From Candidatus Nealsonbacteria bacterium (GTDB taxonomy: Bacteria; Patescibacteriota; Minisyncoccia; Minisyncoccales; JAGMDC01): a DNA stretch of 64,000 nt. The notes beneath the pieces were generated by a model that worked only from the letters and a program-made list of their open reading frames with translations, was not told the DNA's origin and did not search any database. A program made the translations under genes and the position numbers. Position 1 is the first letter of the stretch, and every line of letters begins with the position of its first letter. Shown in pieces: positions 17,076 to 25,522 of this stretch. The DNA is taken from the NCBI GenBank assembly GCA_030612885.1, contig JAUWMZ010000005.1:19-64018 (forward strand), read 5' to 3'.

Positions 17076-19622
17076 ATGACAGATAAAATTTATTTAGTTC
17101 CTCATACCCATTATGATGCGGTCTGGGTTTTTACCAGAGAGGACTATTTTCATATCAATATAGATATTATTTTGGAAAAGGTTGTTAATTTGATTGAGAG
17201 AAAGAAGGATTATAGGTTTTTGATAGAACAAACATATCTTTTAGAAGAAGTGGAAAAGAAATATCCAGAGCTTTTTAGAAAAATAAGAAAGTATATTAAA
17301 GAAGGAAAAATTGAAATCGCTGACGGAGAATATTTAATGGCCGATACAATGCTTCCTCAAGGAGAAACATTAATTAGGGAGATAATGTTTGGTAAGGAAT
17401 TTGTAAGGGAAAAATTCGACAAAGAGGTAAAAGTAATGTGGCAGGCAGATAGTTTTGGCTTAAACGCCCAGCTTCCTCAGATATATAAAAAATCCGGCTA
17501 TAAATATTTAGCTTTCAGACGCGGCTCTTTTGAAAGACAACCATCAGAATTTATCTGGCAAAGCCTAGATGGGACAGAAATTTTATCACATTTTATGCCT
17601 TTGGGTTACAGGGCTGGTTTGAATTTAGAAAAACTTGATGAGAATTATAAAAAACTTAGAAAGCTATCTGCTACCAATAATATACTAATGCCCTCTGGCA
17701 GTGGGGTAACTATACCCCAGGAAGAGACCACAAAAGCAGTTAAGAATTGGAATAAAAACCATAAGTCCAGGATGAAAGTTTCTACTCCGTTAGAATTTTT
17801 CAAGAGCTTAGAAAAAGAGAAAAAGAAGCTGTTGGTTAGAAAAGGAGAGATGTATTCAGGAAAATATTCTCGGATATTTTCCAGTACCTCATCAACCAGA
17901 ATATGGCTTAAAAAATCTCTAAGAAATTGTGAGAATAAACTGCTTAGCTTTGAAAAATTTAATTTAATCAATTCTCTTTTTAAAAACAGTTATTTTGAAG
18001 AAATAAAAACTTGCTGGAAAAAAGTTTTATTTTTAGCTTTTCATGATATTGTTCCGGGAACAGGTATTGACGCTGGATATAAAGAAGCCAGAGATAATAT
18101 AAGCTTTTTAAACAAGGAACTTCCATCTTTAACATCCTATGTTTTAGATTCAATTATTGACAATGATGCTAATAATGAAGATTACGGTAATATTGTAGTA
18201 TTTAATTCATTATCCTGGCCTGTTTCTAATTGGACAGAGATTGTTTTAAATTTTAAAGAAGGAGAAATTTTTGAAATAGGAGGACTGAAAAACAATGATG
18301 GAGAAAAGGAAGTTGAAATTATAGAATCATCAAAACACAAAGATAAATCTTTAAAAAAAGTAAGAATAGGTTTTGTGGCTGATGTTCCGGCAACTGGATA
18401 CAGGATTTACAGTATTATCAAAGAAAAACCAAAAAGTCAGAAAAATTCTTTTTTAAAGATAACAAATAATTCAATTGAAAATAAATTTTTTAAAGTTAAT
18501 TTTTCCAAAGACAATGGATTGATAGAAATTTTAAAAGAAGGCAAAAAAATATGCCAAGGAAATGAAATAGTCATTGATGATGAAGAAGGCGATCTTTACT
18601 ATCATAAAGAAAGTTTTGATTTTCCATTAAAAACAGAAAAAGGAGAAGGATTAAAATACGGCACTTTTAAGGTTAAAAAACTTTGGCTGGAAGGTTCTTC
18701 TTTAAGAAAAATAATCAACATAGAAACCGATTATTATTCTTTGAGATGGCCCTATAGATTAGTAGACAAACTAAAGCCGATAATTTGGAGATATCCTTTT
18801 ATAAAATTTAAGAAGAAGATAATTATTTATAGAGATATTCCAAGAATTGATTTTCTCACCATTGTTGAAAACAATCATCCCAGAATAAGATTAAGAGTGA
18901 AGTTTGAGACAGATATAAACAAACCAGAATATACTTGCGATACTCAATTCGGCGTTATAAAAAGGAAAACCAATCAATATCACTTAGAAGGCAAGGGATG
19001 GATAGAAAAACCATCTGGCTTGTTTCCTTGCTTAAGATGGATTGACTATAGCGATAGAGAAAAAGGAATAACCCTTATAAACAAAGGAAATCCTGAAAAT
19101 GAAGTAAGGGATAAGAATATGTATTTAACTTTGTTAAGGTCAGTAGATATGCTTTCTTCTGACGGTAAGGCAGGCCCTATAATTCCGGTTTCTGACGCCA
19201 AAGAGTTTAAAAAATATGTTTTTGAATATTCTCTATATCCTCACAAAGGAGATTGGAAAAAGGCAAAATCATGGAAACAGGGTTATGAGTTCAATAATGA
19301 TTTAATGGCATTGCCATTGGCAAAAAAGAAAAGATATAGAATGAAAAGGTCATTTTTAAAAGCCGAGCCAGACAATATTATAATCAGCGCCTTGAAAAAA
19401 GCAGAAGACGGAAAAAGTATTATAATTAGGCTTTACGAGGCCTCTGGAAAAAAGACAGAAGCGACAATAACTTTATTCAAGAAAATCAAAGATGTAAAGT
19501 CAGTTAATTTTTTAGAAGAAGAGAAAAAAGAATTTGACAAGAAGGTTATTTTGGATGAAAATAATATCAAAGTTGATGTTAAACCGTTTGAAATTATTAC
19601 TTTAAAAATAACATTGCTTTAA
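17076..19622 (+). CDS. Glycoside hydrolase family 38 (alpha-mannosidase / MngB-like)
   Basis: N-terminal LVPHTHYDAVW and DSFG motifs. 848 aa, a size typical of GH38. Confidence 0.8.
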   Translation: MTDKIYLVPHTHYDAVWVFTREDYFHINIDIILEKVVNLIERKKDYRFLIEQTYLLEEVEKKYPELFRKIRKYIKEGKIEIADGEYLMADTMLPQGETLIREIMFGKEFVREKFDKEVKVMWQADSFGLNAQLPQIYKKSGYKYLAFRRGSFERQPSEFIWQSLDGTEILSHFMPLGYRAGLNLEKLDENYKKLRKLSATNNILMPSGSGVTIPQEETTKAVKNWNKNHKSRMKVSTPLEFFKSLEKEKKKLLVRKGEMYSGKYSRIFSSTSSTRIWLKKSLRNCENKLLSFEKFNLINSLFKNSYFEEIKTCWKKVLFLAFHDIVPGTGIDAGYKEARDNISFLNKELPSLTSYVLDSIIDNDANNEDYGNIVVFNSLSWPVSNWTEIVLNFKEGEIFEIGGLKNNDGEKEVEIIESSKHKDKSLKKVRIGFVADVPATGYRIYSIIKEKPKSQKNSFLKITNNSIENKFFKVNFSKDNGLIEILKEGKKICQGNEIVIDDEEGDLYYHKESFDFPLKTEKGEGLKYGTFKVKKLWLEGSSLRKIINIETDYYSLRWPYRLVDKLKPIIWRYPFIKFKKKIIIYRDIPRIDFLTIVENNHPRIRLRVKFETDINKPEYTCDTQFGVIKRKTNQYHLEGKGWIEKPSGLFPCLRWIDYSDREKGITLINKGNPENEVRDKNMYLTLLRSVDMLSSDGKAGPIIPVSDAKEFKKYVFEYSLYPHKGDWKKAKSWKQGYEFNNDLMALPLAKKKRYRMKRSFLKAEPDNIIISALKKAEDGKSIIIRLYEASGKKTEATITLFKKIKDVKSVNFLEEEKKEFDKKVILDENNIKVDVKPFEIITLKITLL

Positions 19623-19630
19623 AGAAAATT

Positions 19631-19978
19631 ATGGAAGACAATAAAATCAAAAAACCTTGGGGCTATTTTGAGATAATAAAAGAAGAGAAATATTATAAAA
19701 TTAAGAAACTGATTGTTTTGTCTGGGAAAAGATTGAGTTTGCAAAAGCATAAGCAGAGAAAGGAACATTGGATAGTTATTAAGGGAACAGCTAAGGTTGT
19801 TTTAGGAGATAAAGAATTTATATTGCAAGAAGGCGAGTATACATTTATAGATATAGAACAAAAACATCGTCTGGAAAATCCTGAAAAATCAGTGCTTGAA
19901 GTTATTGAAATTCAAATCGGAGATTATTTAGAAGAAGACGACATAGAACGGATAGAAGATGATTTTAACAGAGTATAG
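19631..19978 (+). CDS. Cupin-domain protein, mannose-6-phosphate isomerase type II C-terminal-like
   Basis: KPWGYFE...LSLQKH..R.EHW.V..G.A...LG......EGE...I....KHRLEN. Confidence 0.55.
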   Translation: MEDNKIKKPWGYFEIIKEEKYYKIKKLIVLSGKRLSLQKHKQRKEHWIVIKGTAKVVLGDKEFILQEGEYTFIDIEQKHRLENPEKSVLEVIEIQIGDYLEEDDIERIEDDFNRV

Positions 19979-20043
19979 ATAAAAAGGACTAAAGTTGGGC
20001 TTTATTACTTATTAAAAAAACGCTTTTTATAGCGTTTTTTTTG

Positions 20044-20128
20044 TGCCCAAGGCGGGACTTGAACCCGCATGCCCAAAAATGAGCCATGGCCCTCAACCAT
20101 GTGTGTATACCAATTCCACCACCTGGGC
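20044..20128 (-). tRNA. tRNA-Leu (GAG)
   Basis: GCCCAGG...CATGG-TTGAGGG-CCATG, long variable arm, GCGGG-TTCAAGT-CCCGC-CTTGGGC-A. Its 5' end abuts the rplS stop codon. Confidence 0.9.
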
Positions 20129-20632
20129 TTATTTAGTTTCCTCTTTTGGTTTTTCTTCTACTTTAGGTGTCGGTTTTTCTTCAACAGGTTTTTCTTCAGC
20201 AACTGGTTCTTCTTTTTCTATCTTTTCTTCTGGTGTGGTTTTTACATCAGGCAGGCCTCTTCTTTTTAGGCGTGCTTTTCTTCCCTTGGCCTCTCTTAAA
20301 TAAAAGAGTTTTGCCCTTCTTACTTTTCCTCTTTTTATTATTTCTATTTTTTGGATAAGAGGGGAATGAATAGGCAGAATTTTTTCTACCCCAATTCCAG
20401 AAATTACTTTTCTTACAGTAATAGTAGCGTTTATTCCTTTTCCATGTCTTCGGGCTAAAACTAAACCTTCAGATACTTGAATTTTCTCTTTTTCTTTCTC
20501 TTTTGTCTTTTTACTTTTAATACCGGATATTGCTGGAATTATTTGATGAATTCGAACAGTATCACCAGGCCTAATGTCAGGCAGGTCTTTTTTTAATTGT
20601 GATTGATTAAATTTTTTTACTATATTTGACAT
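20129..20632 (-). CDS. rplS: 50S ribosomal protein L19 with K/E/P-rich C-terminal extension
   Basis: RPGDTVRIH...VRKVISGIGVEKILPIHSPLIQKIEIIKRGKVRRAKLFYLR, followed by a tail of about 45 aa (EEKPVEEKPTPKVEEKPKEETK). Confidence 0.9.
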   Translation of the reverse strand: MSNIVKKFNQSQLKKDLPDIRPGDTVRIHQIIPAISGIKSKKTKEKEKEKIQVSEGLVLARRHGKGINATITVRKVISGIGVEKILPIHSPLIQKIEIIKRGKVRRAKLFYLREAKGRKARLKRRGLPDVKTTPEEKIEKEEPVAEEKPVEEKPTPKVEEKPKEETK

Positions 20633-21234
20633 AATATTTCTTTTAAATCTTTTGGCAATTCAGATTTAAATTCTTTTGTTTTAGTGTCAGGCATTTTTAT
20701 TTTTAGATAGCTAGCGTGTAAGAATTGTCTTTTTAGGCCTTTGGGCATTGGTTGATTTTTAAACCCGTAAATTTTATCTCCGGCAATAGGGTATCCTAAA
20801 TAAGCAAGATGGCATCTAATCTGGTGCTTTCTGCCAGTTTTCGGCTCTGCTTCAATTAGAGTATAGTCCTCGAATTTTTCTATTACTTTATAATTTGTAA
20901 TTGCTTTTCTTAATCCTTTTCTTTGGGCATCTGGCTCATTAAGCAGATACACTTTTTGCTTTTTTCTATCTTTTAAAGACCGTCCCATTAAAGTTTCGAT
21001 TTTACCCTTGTCTGTTTTAATATCTCCTACTACTAAAGCAAGATATTTTTTTATTACTGTTCTATCTTTAAACTGTTTTTGAAAAAAATCAAGAGCTTTG
21101 TTGTTCTTAGCTACTAATAGGATACCTGAAGTGTCTTTATCCAAACGATGAACCCTCTTTTCAAAATCATCAGAATTTATTCCAGCCGGCTTATCAATTA
21201 CTAAAAGATTTTCATCTTCATAAATAACTTTCAT
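20620..21234 (-). CDS. RluA-family pseudouridine synthase (no S4 domain)
   Basis: LLVIDKPAG...HRLDKDTSGILLVAKN...Y.ALV.G...G.I....HQIR.H. Confidence 0.85.
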   Translation of the reverse strand: MKVIYEDENLLVIDKPAGINSDDFEKRVHRLDKDTSGILLVAKNNKALDFFQKQFKDRTVIKKYLALVVGDIKTDKGKIETLMGRSLKDRKKQKVYLLNEPDAQRKGLRKAITNYKVIEKFEDYTLIEAEPKTGRKHQIRCHLAYLGYPIAGDKIYGFKNQPMPKGLKRQFLHASYLKIKMPDTKTKEFKSELPKDLKEILCQI

Positions 21235-21274
21235 TTTTCAAGTTTACACTGAAGAAATTAAAATTTCTGAAGTG

Positions 21275-21347
21275 TGGGCACTACAGGATTTGAACCTGTG
21301 ACCTTCTGCGTGTCGTGCAGACGCGCTAACCACTGCGCCAAGTGCCC
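21275..21347 (-). tRNA. tRNA-Val (GAC) with non-canonical C33
   Basis: GGGCACT-TG-GCGC-AGTGGTTA-GCGC-G-TCTGC-ACGACAC-GCAGA-AGGTC-ACAGG-TTCAAAT-CCTGT-AGTGCCC-A. Confidence 0.8.
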
Positions 21348-21436
21348 AATTTTGAGTTTTTTGTGGGCGTGGCAGGACTCGAACCTGCGAACCTAACGCT
21401 TATATTCGGCTTTACCGATATATATGCCAAAATGGG

Positions 21437-21630
21437 TGGGCGTACCTGGATTCGAACCAGGAACCTCGGCCTTATATTCGGCTTCGCCGATATATATGCC
21501 AGAATGGGTGGGCACGCTGGGGGTCGAACCCAGAACCTTAGCCTTATAAGGACTCTGCTCCGCCGTTGAGCTACGTGCCCACCTATTCTGACAATATAAG
21601 GACCTTGCTCCGCCATTGAGCTATACGCCC
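21437..21630 (-). tRNA. tRNA-Ile (UAU)-like gene B, split at 37/38 by a 122-nt insert that contains tRNA C
   Basis: 5' part at 21630-21595, 3' part at 21472-21437. Acceptor GGGCGTA/TACGCCC, T arm CCTGG-TTCGAAT-CCAGG, anticodon stem AGGTC/GGCCG. Joining the two parts gives a 72-nt cloverleaf. Confidence 0.65.
21509..21580 (-). tRNA. tRNA-Ile (UAU)-like, uninterrupted (innermost gene C of the nested array)
   Basis: GGGCACG-TA-GCTC-AACGGCG-GAGC-A-GAGTC-CTTATAA-GGCTA-AGGTT-CTGGG-TTCGACC-CCCAG-CGTGCCC-A. 72 nt. Confidence 0.75.
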
Positions 21631-21681
21631 ACCTATTCTGACAATATAAGGACCTTGCTCTACCACTGAGCCACACGCCCA

Positions 21682-23595
21682 CTATTTTTTCTTTTTGGTT
21701 TTAACTTTCTTAATTTTCTTTGCTGGTTTAATTTTAACTGGCTTAATTGATTTTAACGGTTTGACTAGCATTTCAAATTCTTGTCTTTCTATGGTTTCTT
21801 TTTTAATTAAGGTTTTAGCAATTTTTTCTAAAAGTTTTTTGTTTTTAGACAAAAGTTTTTGGGCCGTGGATTCGGCATTTTTAATGAATTTTGCTATTTC
21901 TTTGTCAATTTGAGTAGCTACTTTTTCAGAATAATTTCTTTGTTCAGAAATTTCTCTTCCCAAAAAAACCAATTCCTCTTTTTCGCCGAAAGAGATTGGC
22001 CCCAAGGCTGACATTCCGTACTCTTTTACCAGTTTTCGAGCTAATTCTGATGCTCTTTCTAAATCATTTGACGCTCCAGTAGAAATTTCTTTGAATTTTA
22101 ATTTTTCGGCAATATAACCGCCTAATAAAACCGCCATTTCAGCCAAGAATTCTGATTTGGTTTTGAGCCGTTTTTCTTCAGTAGGCATTTTTAGAGTATA
22201 ACCAGCTGCCATTCCCCGAGCGACAATGGAAACCTTTCTTACCGGTTCAGTGCCAGGAATAAGCGCGGAAACCAAAGCGTGCCCGGCTTCGTGATAAGCA
22301 GCCATTTTCTTTTCTTTTTCTGACAAAATATGTGATTTTCTTTCCGGCCCTAATAAAACTTTTTCAATTGAGTCCAAAAATTCTTCTTGGAAAACCTGAT
22401 GCTTGTTTTTCCGAGCCGCTAAAATAGCCGCTTCATTAGCAACATTAGCCAAATCAGCTCCAGAAAAGCCAGGTGTTCTCTCTGCCACCTCTCGCATGTT
22501 TACATTCAAGGATAAAGGTTTACCTCGACAATGAATTTTTAAGATTTGTTCCCGGTCACCAATATCAGGTAAATCTAAAACTACTCTTCGATCAAATCTT
22601 CCCGGTCTAAGCAGGGCAGGGTCAAGGACATCCGGGCGATTCGTTGCCGCAAATACTAAAGTGGTAGCTTCCTTTTCAAAGCCATCCATCTCAACTAATA
22701 TCTGATTCAAGGTTTGTTCCCTTTCATCATGGCCGCCGCCAATTCCCGCTCCTCTTACTCTGCCAATGGCATCTAATTCATCTATGAATATGATGCTTGG
22801 CTGTTGCTTTTTAGCAGTAGAAAATAAATCTCTTACTCGGGAACTTCCAACTCCGACAAACATCTCAATAAATTCTGAACCAGAAATCGAGAAAAAAGGT
22901 ACACCTGCTTCAGAAGCCACTGCTCTTGCTAAAAGCGTTTTTCCTGTTCCCGGCGGTCCCATTAATAAAACTCCTCTGGGAATTTTTGCGCCCATTTTTA
23001 AATATTTTTTTGGATTTTTTAAAAAATCAACTATCTCTTCTAATTCCTGCTTGGCTTCTTTTAAGCCAGCCACGTCTTTAAAAGTTATTTTTTCTTTGGG
23101 TTGGCCTTCAGCGCCAAAAAGCCGGGCTTTGGCTTTGCCGAAATTAAAGGCCTGCATAGCTCCGGTTTTTGCCTGGCGGAAAATCAACCAGAAAAACAAC
23201 AGGAAAAAGAGCAAAGGCAGGATGATAATAGATAGGGGTCCAAGCCAAAACAATAGTCCCCCTTCTTCTTCTATTCCAATATTGGCTTTATTTATTTTTT
23301 CTTCACTAAGTCCGTAGTTCAGTAAAGTATCAGAAAGAGCTATTTCGGTTTCTTTTCTTGTTTTTGCTTTTGCTTTTGTTTCGTCAAGATAGGTTATAGA
23401 AATCTCATTTCCAGCAACAATTATTTTCTCAATTTTTTCTTCTTCAATATCTTTTACCAACTGACTGAGAGAAATCTCTTTTTCCTGCTCAAATGGCTGG
23501 GAAAATAAAGCAAAAATAGCAGAAATAGTTAGAAAAATAAGAAATATAAACAATAAATTTTTAGAAATATTTTTTATGTCTTTTCTTTTTGGCAT
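21682..23595 (-). CDS. ftsH: ATP-dependent zinc metalloprotease FtsH
   Basis: Two N-terminal TM helices, AAA+ Walker A GPPGTGKT, Walker [12 protein letters not shown], and the Zn site HEAGHAL. Confidence 0.95.
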   Translation of the reverse strand: MPKRKDIKNISKNLLFIFLIFLTISAIFALFSQPFEQEKEISLSQLVKDIEEEKIEKIIVAGNEISITYLDETKAKAKTRKETEIALSDTLLNYGLSEEKINKANIGIEEEGGLLFWLGPLSIIILPLLFFLLFFWLIFRQAKTGAMQAFNFGKAKARLFGAEGQPKEKITFKDVAGLKEAKQELEEIVDFLKNPKKYLKMGAKIPRGVLLMGPPGTGKTLLARAVASEAGVPFFSISGSEFIEMFVGVGSSRVRDLFSTAKKQQPSIIFIDELDAIGRVRGAGIGGGHDEREQTLNQILVEMDGFEKEATTLVFAATNRPDVLDPALLRPGRFDRRVVLDLPDIGDREQILKIHCRGKPLSLNVNMREVAERTPGFSGADLANVANEAAILAARKNKHQVFQEEFLDSIEKVLLGPERKSHILSEKEKKMAAYHEAGHALVSALIPGTEPVRKVSIVARGMAAGYTLKMPTEEKRLKTKSEFLAEMAVLLGGYIAEKLKFKEISTGASNDLERASELARKLVKEYGMSALGPISFGEKEELVFLGREISEQRNYSEKVATQIDKEIAKFIKNAESTAQKLLSKNKKLLEKIAKTLIKKETIERQEFEMLVKPLKSIKPVKIKPAKKIKKVKTKKKK

Positions 23596-23597
23596 AT

Positions 23598-24704
23598 TTA
23601 ATTAATAAAACTTAGAGTCATTCTATGCTCTTTTGGGTCAAGAGATAAAATCTTAAAGTTATACTCTTTTCCTGTTTGTATTTTTTGCTCCATTTTTTCC
23701 TTAGTGCCGAATTCAGAAATATGACACAGTCCCTGAATTTTCGCTTTTTCCAGCTGGACAAAAGCGCCAAAATTATTTAACTTGGCTACTTTACCTTTAA
23801 TCAAATCACCTTTTTTATGTTCTTTTTCAATATCCTGCCAAGGGTCTTTTTTCAGGGCTTTCAAAGATAGAAAAATTCTACTATCAGTGATATCAACAAT
23901 CTTGACTTTTACTTTTTCTTCTACTTTTACTATTTCTATTGGATTTTTTACCATTTGCCAATCAAGCTCAGAGATATGAATAAGGCCTTCTAAATATTTT
24001 TTTGGTTTGTCTACGGAACTATCTTTTTCCTCTGATTCAGCAACTGGAAATTTCATAAAAGCTCCAAAATCAGTAATCTTGGTAATTTCTCCTTCAATGA
24101 TGTCTCCCTTTTTATAATTTTTTAAGGCTTCTTTAATACTTTCCAACTCACCAGCTTTTTCAGAGAGGACTAATCTTCCTTCTTCTAAGTCAAGATTAAT
24201 TATTTTTGTTTCCATTTCCTGACCAATAAATTTTTGAAGTTCTCTTACTATTTGGGATTTATCTGAACCCTCTATACGGGGATAGTGCTGGAAAGAAAGC
24301 TGAGAAACAGGCAAAAAAGCAGAAATTCCATATAGTTCCGCTAATAGTCCTCCTTTGTTGGCGCCAGTAATTTTTACTTTGATGATTTCTTCTTTTTCTT
24401 TGATGTCTTTGAGCTTTTTCCAGTTAATTTCTTTGCTTGCTTCAGAAACAGAAAGTTCAATATAACCCTTTTCATTCTCTAAGCCGATTATTTTAGCCGA
24501 AATCTCATCTCCTTTTTTTACATCTTTAAGAATGTTTTTGGCTTCTTGAAATTCTTTTCCAAAAATTATTCCCGTACCCACTGAACCTAAATCTATAAAA
24601 ACACTGGAGCGTTCAATTCCCACTACTTTTCCTTCAACAATTTCTCCTGTTCTTGGAGGTATTATTAAATCATTTTTTATTTGGAGAAAATCAGTGTTTT
24701 TCAT
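23598..24704 (-). CDS. S1 RNA-binding domain protein (ribosomal protein S1-like, about 4 S1 repeats)
   Basis: Repeated G.(I/V).EG.V..I...G.F(V/I).L motifs across 368 aa. Confidence 0.8.
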   Translation of the reverse strand: MKNTDFLQIKNDLIIPPRTGEIVEGKVVGIERSSVFIDLGSVGTGIIFGKEFQEAKNILKDVKKGDEISAKIIGLENEKGYIELSVSEASKEINWKKLKDIKEKEEIIKVKITGANKGGLLAELYGISAFLPVSQLSFQHYPRIEGSDKSQIVRELQKFIGQEMETKIINLDLEEGRLVLSEKAGELESIKEALKNYKKGDIIEGEITKITDFGAFMKFPVAESEEKDSSVDKPKKYLEGLIHISELDWQMVKNPIEIVKVEEKVKVKIVDITDSRIFLSLKALKKDPWQDIEKEHKKGDLIKGKVAKLNNFGAFVQLEKAKIQGLCHISEFGTKEKMEQKIQTGKEYNFKILSLDPKEHRMTLSFIN

Positions 24705-24855
24705 ACTTTTTTTACATTATCCTTTTTAATATACATTATTTTTTTCTTTTTTACAAGGGTCTGTTGCCATTAATATTATTGAGTTTGGAATTGGTTTATG
24801 TTAGAGTAAAATAATTAAAGGTCTAAAGTTCAATATTAGTCTCTAAATATTATCT

Positions 24856-25128
24856 ATGACTAAGAAGGAGTTAATTCAAACAATAAGCAAAAAAGTTGGA
24901 TTGTCAAAAGGAGATGCTGGAGAGTGTTTGACAGTGCTTTTGGAAGAAATTACCAAGGTCTTATCCAAAGGGGAAGAGGTTGTTTTGACTGGCTTTGGAA
25001 AATTCGGCGTTAGCAAGAGAAAAGAAAGGATGGGTATTAATCCAAAAACAAAAAAGAAGATTAAAATTCCAGCGATGAAAATTCCTAAATTCAAAGCAGG
25101 CAGGATTTTAAAGGAAGCAGTGAAGTAG
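24856..25128 (+). CDS. hup: HU family DNA-binding protein
   Basis: MTKKELI..IS.K.GLSK.DA......L.E.I...L..GE.V.L.GFG.F....R..R.G.NP.T...I.IPA...P.FKAG..LK. 90 aa. Confidence 0.9.
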   Translation: MTKKELIQTISKKVGLSKGDAGECLTVLLEEITKVLSKGEEVVLTGFGKFGVSKRKERMGINPKTKKKIKIPAMKIPKFKAGRILKEAVK

Positions 25129-25182
25129 ATTCATTTATCACTAATCATTTATCATTTATCAATGATTACTGATTACTAAAAC

Positions 25183-25209
25183 AAAAAAAATCCGCTGTAG
25201 TGGATTTTT
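25183..25209. terminator. Bidirectional terminator-like hairpin between hup (+) and the tRNA pair (-)
   Basis: A8-tccgc-tgta-gtgga-T5. Confidence 0.5.
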
Positions 25210-25260
25210 GCTTAGATAAGCGGGCCGCCTCGTAGAGGCGAGCCTCGCTCAGCTTTGCTG

Positions 25261-25331
25261 AGCGGGTGAAGGGGATCGAACCCTCGTTATCAGATTGGAA
25301 ATCTGAGGCTTTACCACTAAGCTACACCCGC
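25261..25331 (-). tRNA. tRNA-Gly (UCC)
   Basis: GCGGGTG-TA-GCTT-AGTGGTA-AAGC-C-TCAGA-TTTCCAA-TCTGA-TAAC-GAGGG-TTCGATC-CCCTT-CACCCGC-T. Confidence 0.9.
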
Positions 25332-25333
25332 CT

Positions 25334-25404
25334 TCGGGGCGCCGAGATTTGAACTCGAACTAAATCCTCCCAAAGGACTCGTGCTACCGTTACACTACGC
25401 CCCG
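25334..25404 (-). tRNA. tRNA-Pro (UGG)
   Basis: CGGGGCG-TA-GTGT-AACGGTA-GCAC-G-AGTCC-TTTGGGA-GGATT...TCGAG-TTCAAAT-CTCGG-CGCCCCG-A. C1:G72 and A73 as in bacterial tRNA-Pro. Lies 2 nt upstream of tRNA-Gly. Confidence 0.9.
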
Positions 25405-25412
25405 TAATACTT

Positions 25413-25441
25413 ATTTTAGTAAAATTTTTCCTTTTAGTCAA
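25413..25441 (-). promoter_or_regulatory. Sigma70-like promoter for the tRNA-Pro/tRNA-Gly pair
   Basis: On the minus strand: TTGACT (25441-25436), 17-nt spacer, TAAAAT (25418-25413), 8 nt before the tRNA-Pro 5' end. Confidence 0.45.
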
Positions 25442-25522
25442 TTTTTTTACACATTTTCTATTGTATTTTGCATCAATACTTAATATAGTGTATAATTATG
25501 GGTGAAGTGATATAATGAAATT

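Larger units (their letters stand above)
21364..21680 (-). other. Outermost tRNA-like gene A, split at 37/38 by a 244-nt insert that contains gene B (and C); probably degenerate
   Basis: 5' part at 21680-21645, 3' part at 21400-21364. Acceptor GGGCGTG/CACGCCC and T arm GCAGG-TTCGAGT-CCTGC are fine. The anticodon stem pairs badly (AGGTC vs GCGTT) and there is one extra nt. Confidence 0.55.

Noticed and set aside
20043-20358. Three plus-strand ORFs at 20043-20303, 20069-20269 and 20167-20358.
   Set aside because: They cover tRNA-Leu(GAG) and the antisense of the repetitive K/E/P tail of rplS, so they are artefacts of the purine-rich repeat.
21401-21644. A group I or group II self-splicing intron as the nature of the tRNA interruption.
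   Set aside because: The inserts (122 and 244 nt) are fully accounted for by an inner tRNA plus short flanks. There is no room for P3-P8 cores or domain V/VI-like structures, and none were seen.
21326-21682. ORFs 21326-21682 (-) and 21342-21569 (+).
   Set aside because: They are translations of the nested tRNA array and tRNA-Val. The region folds into cloverleaf parts and has no coding signature.
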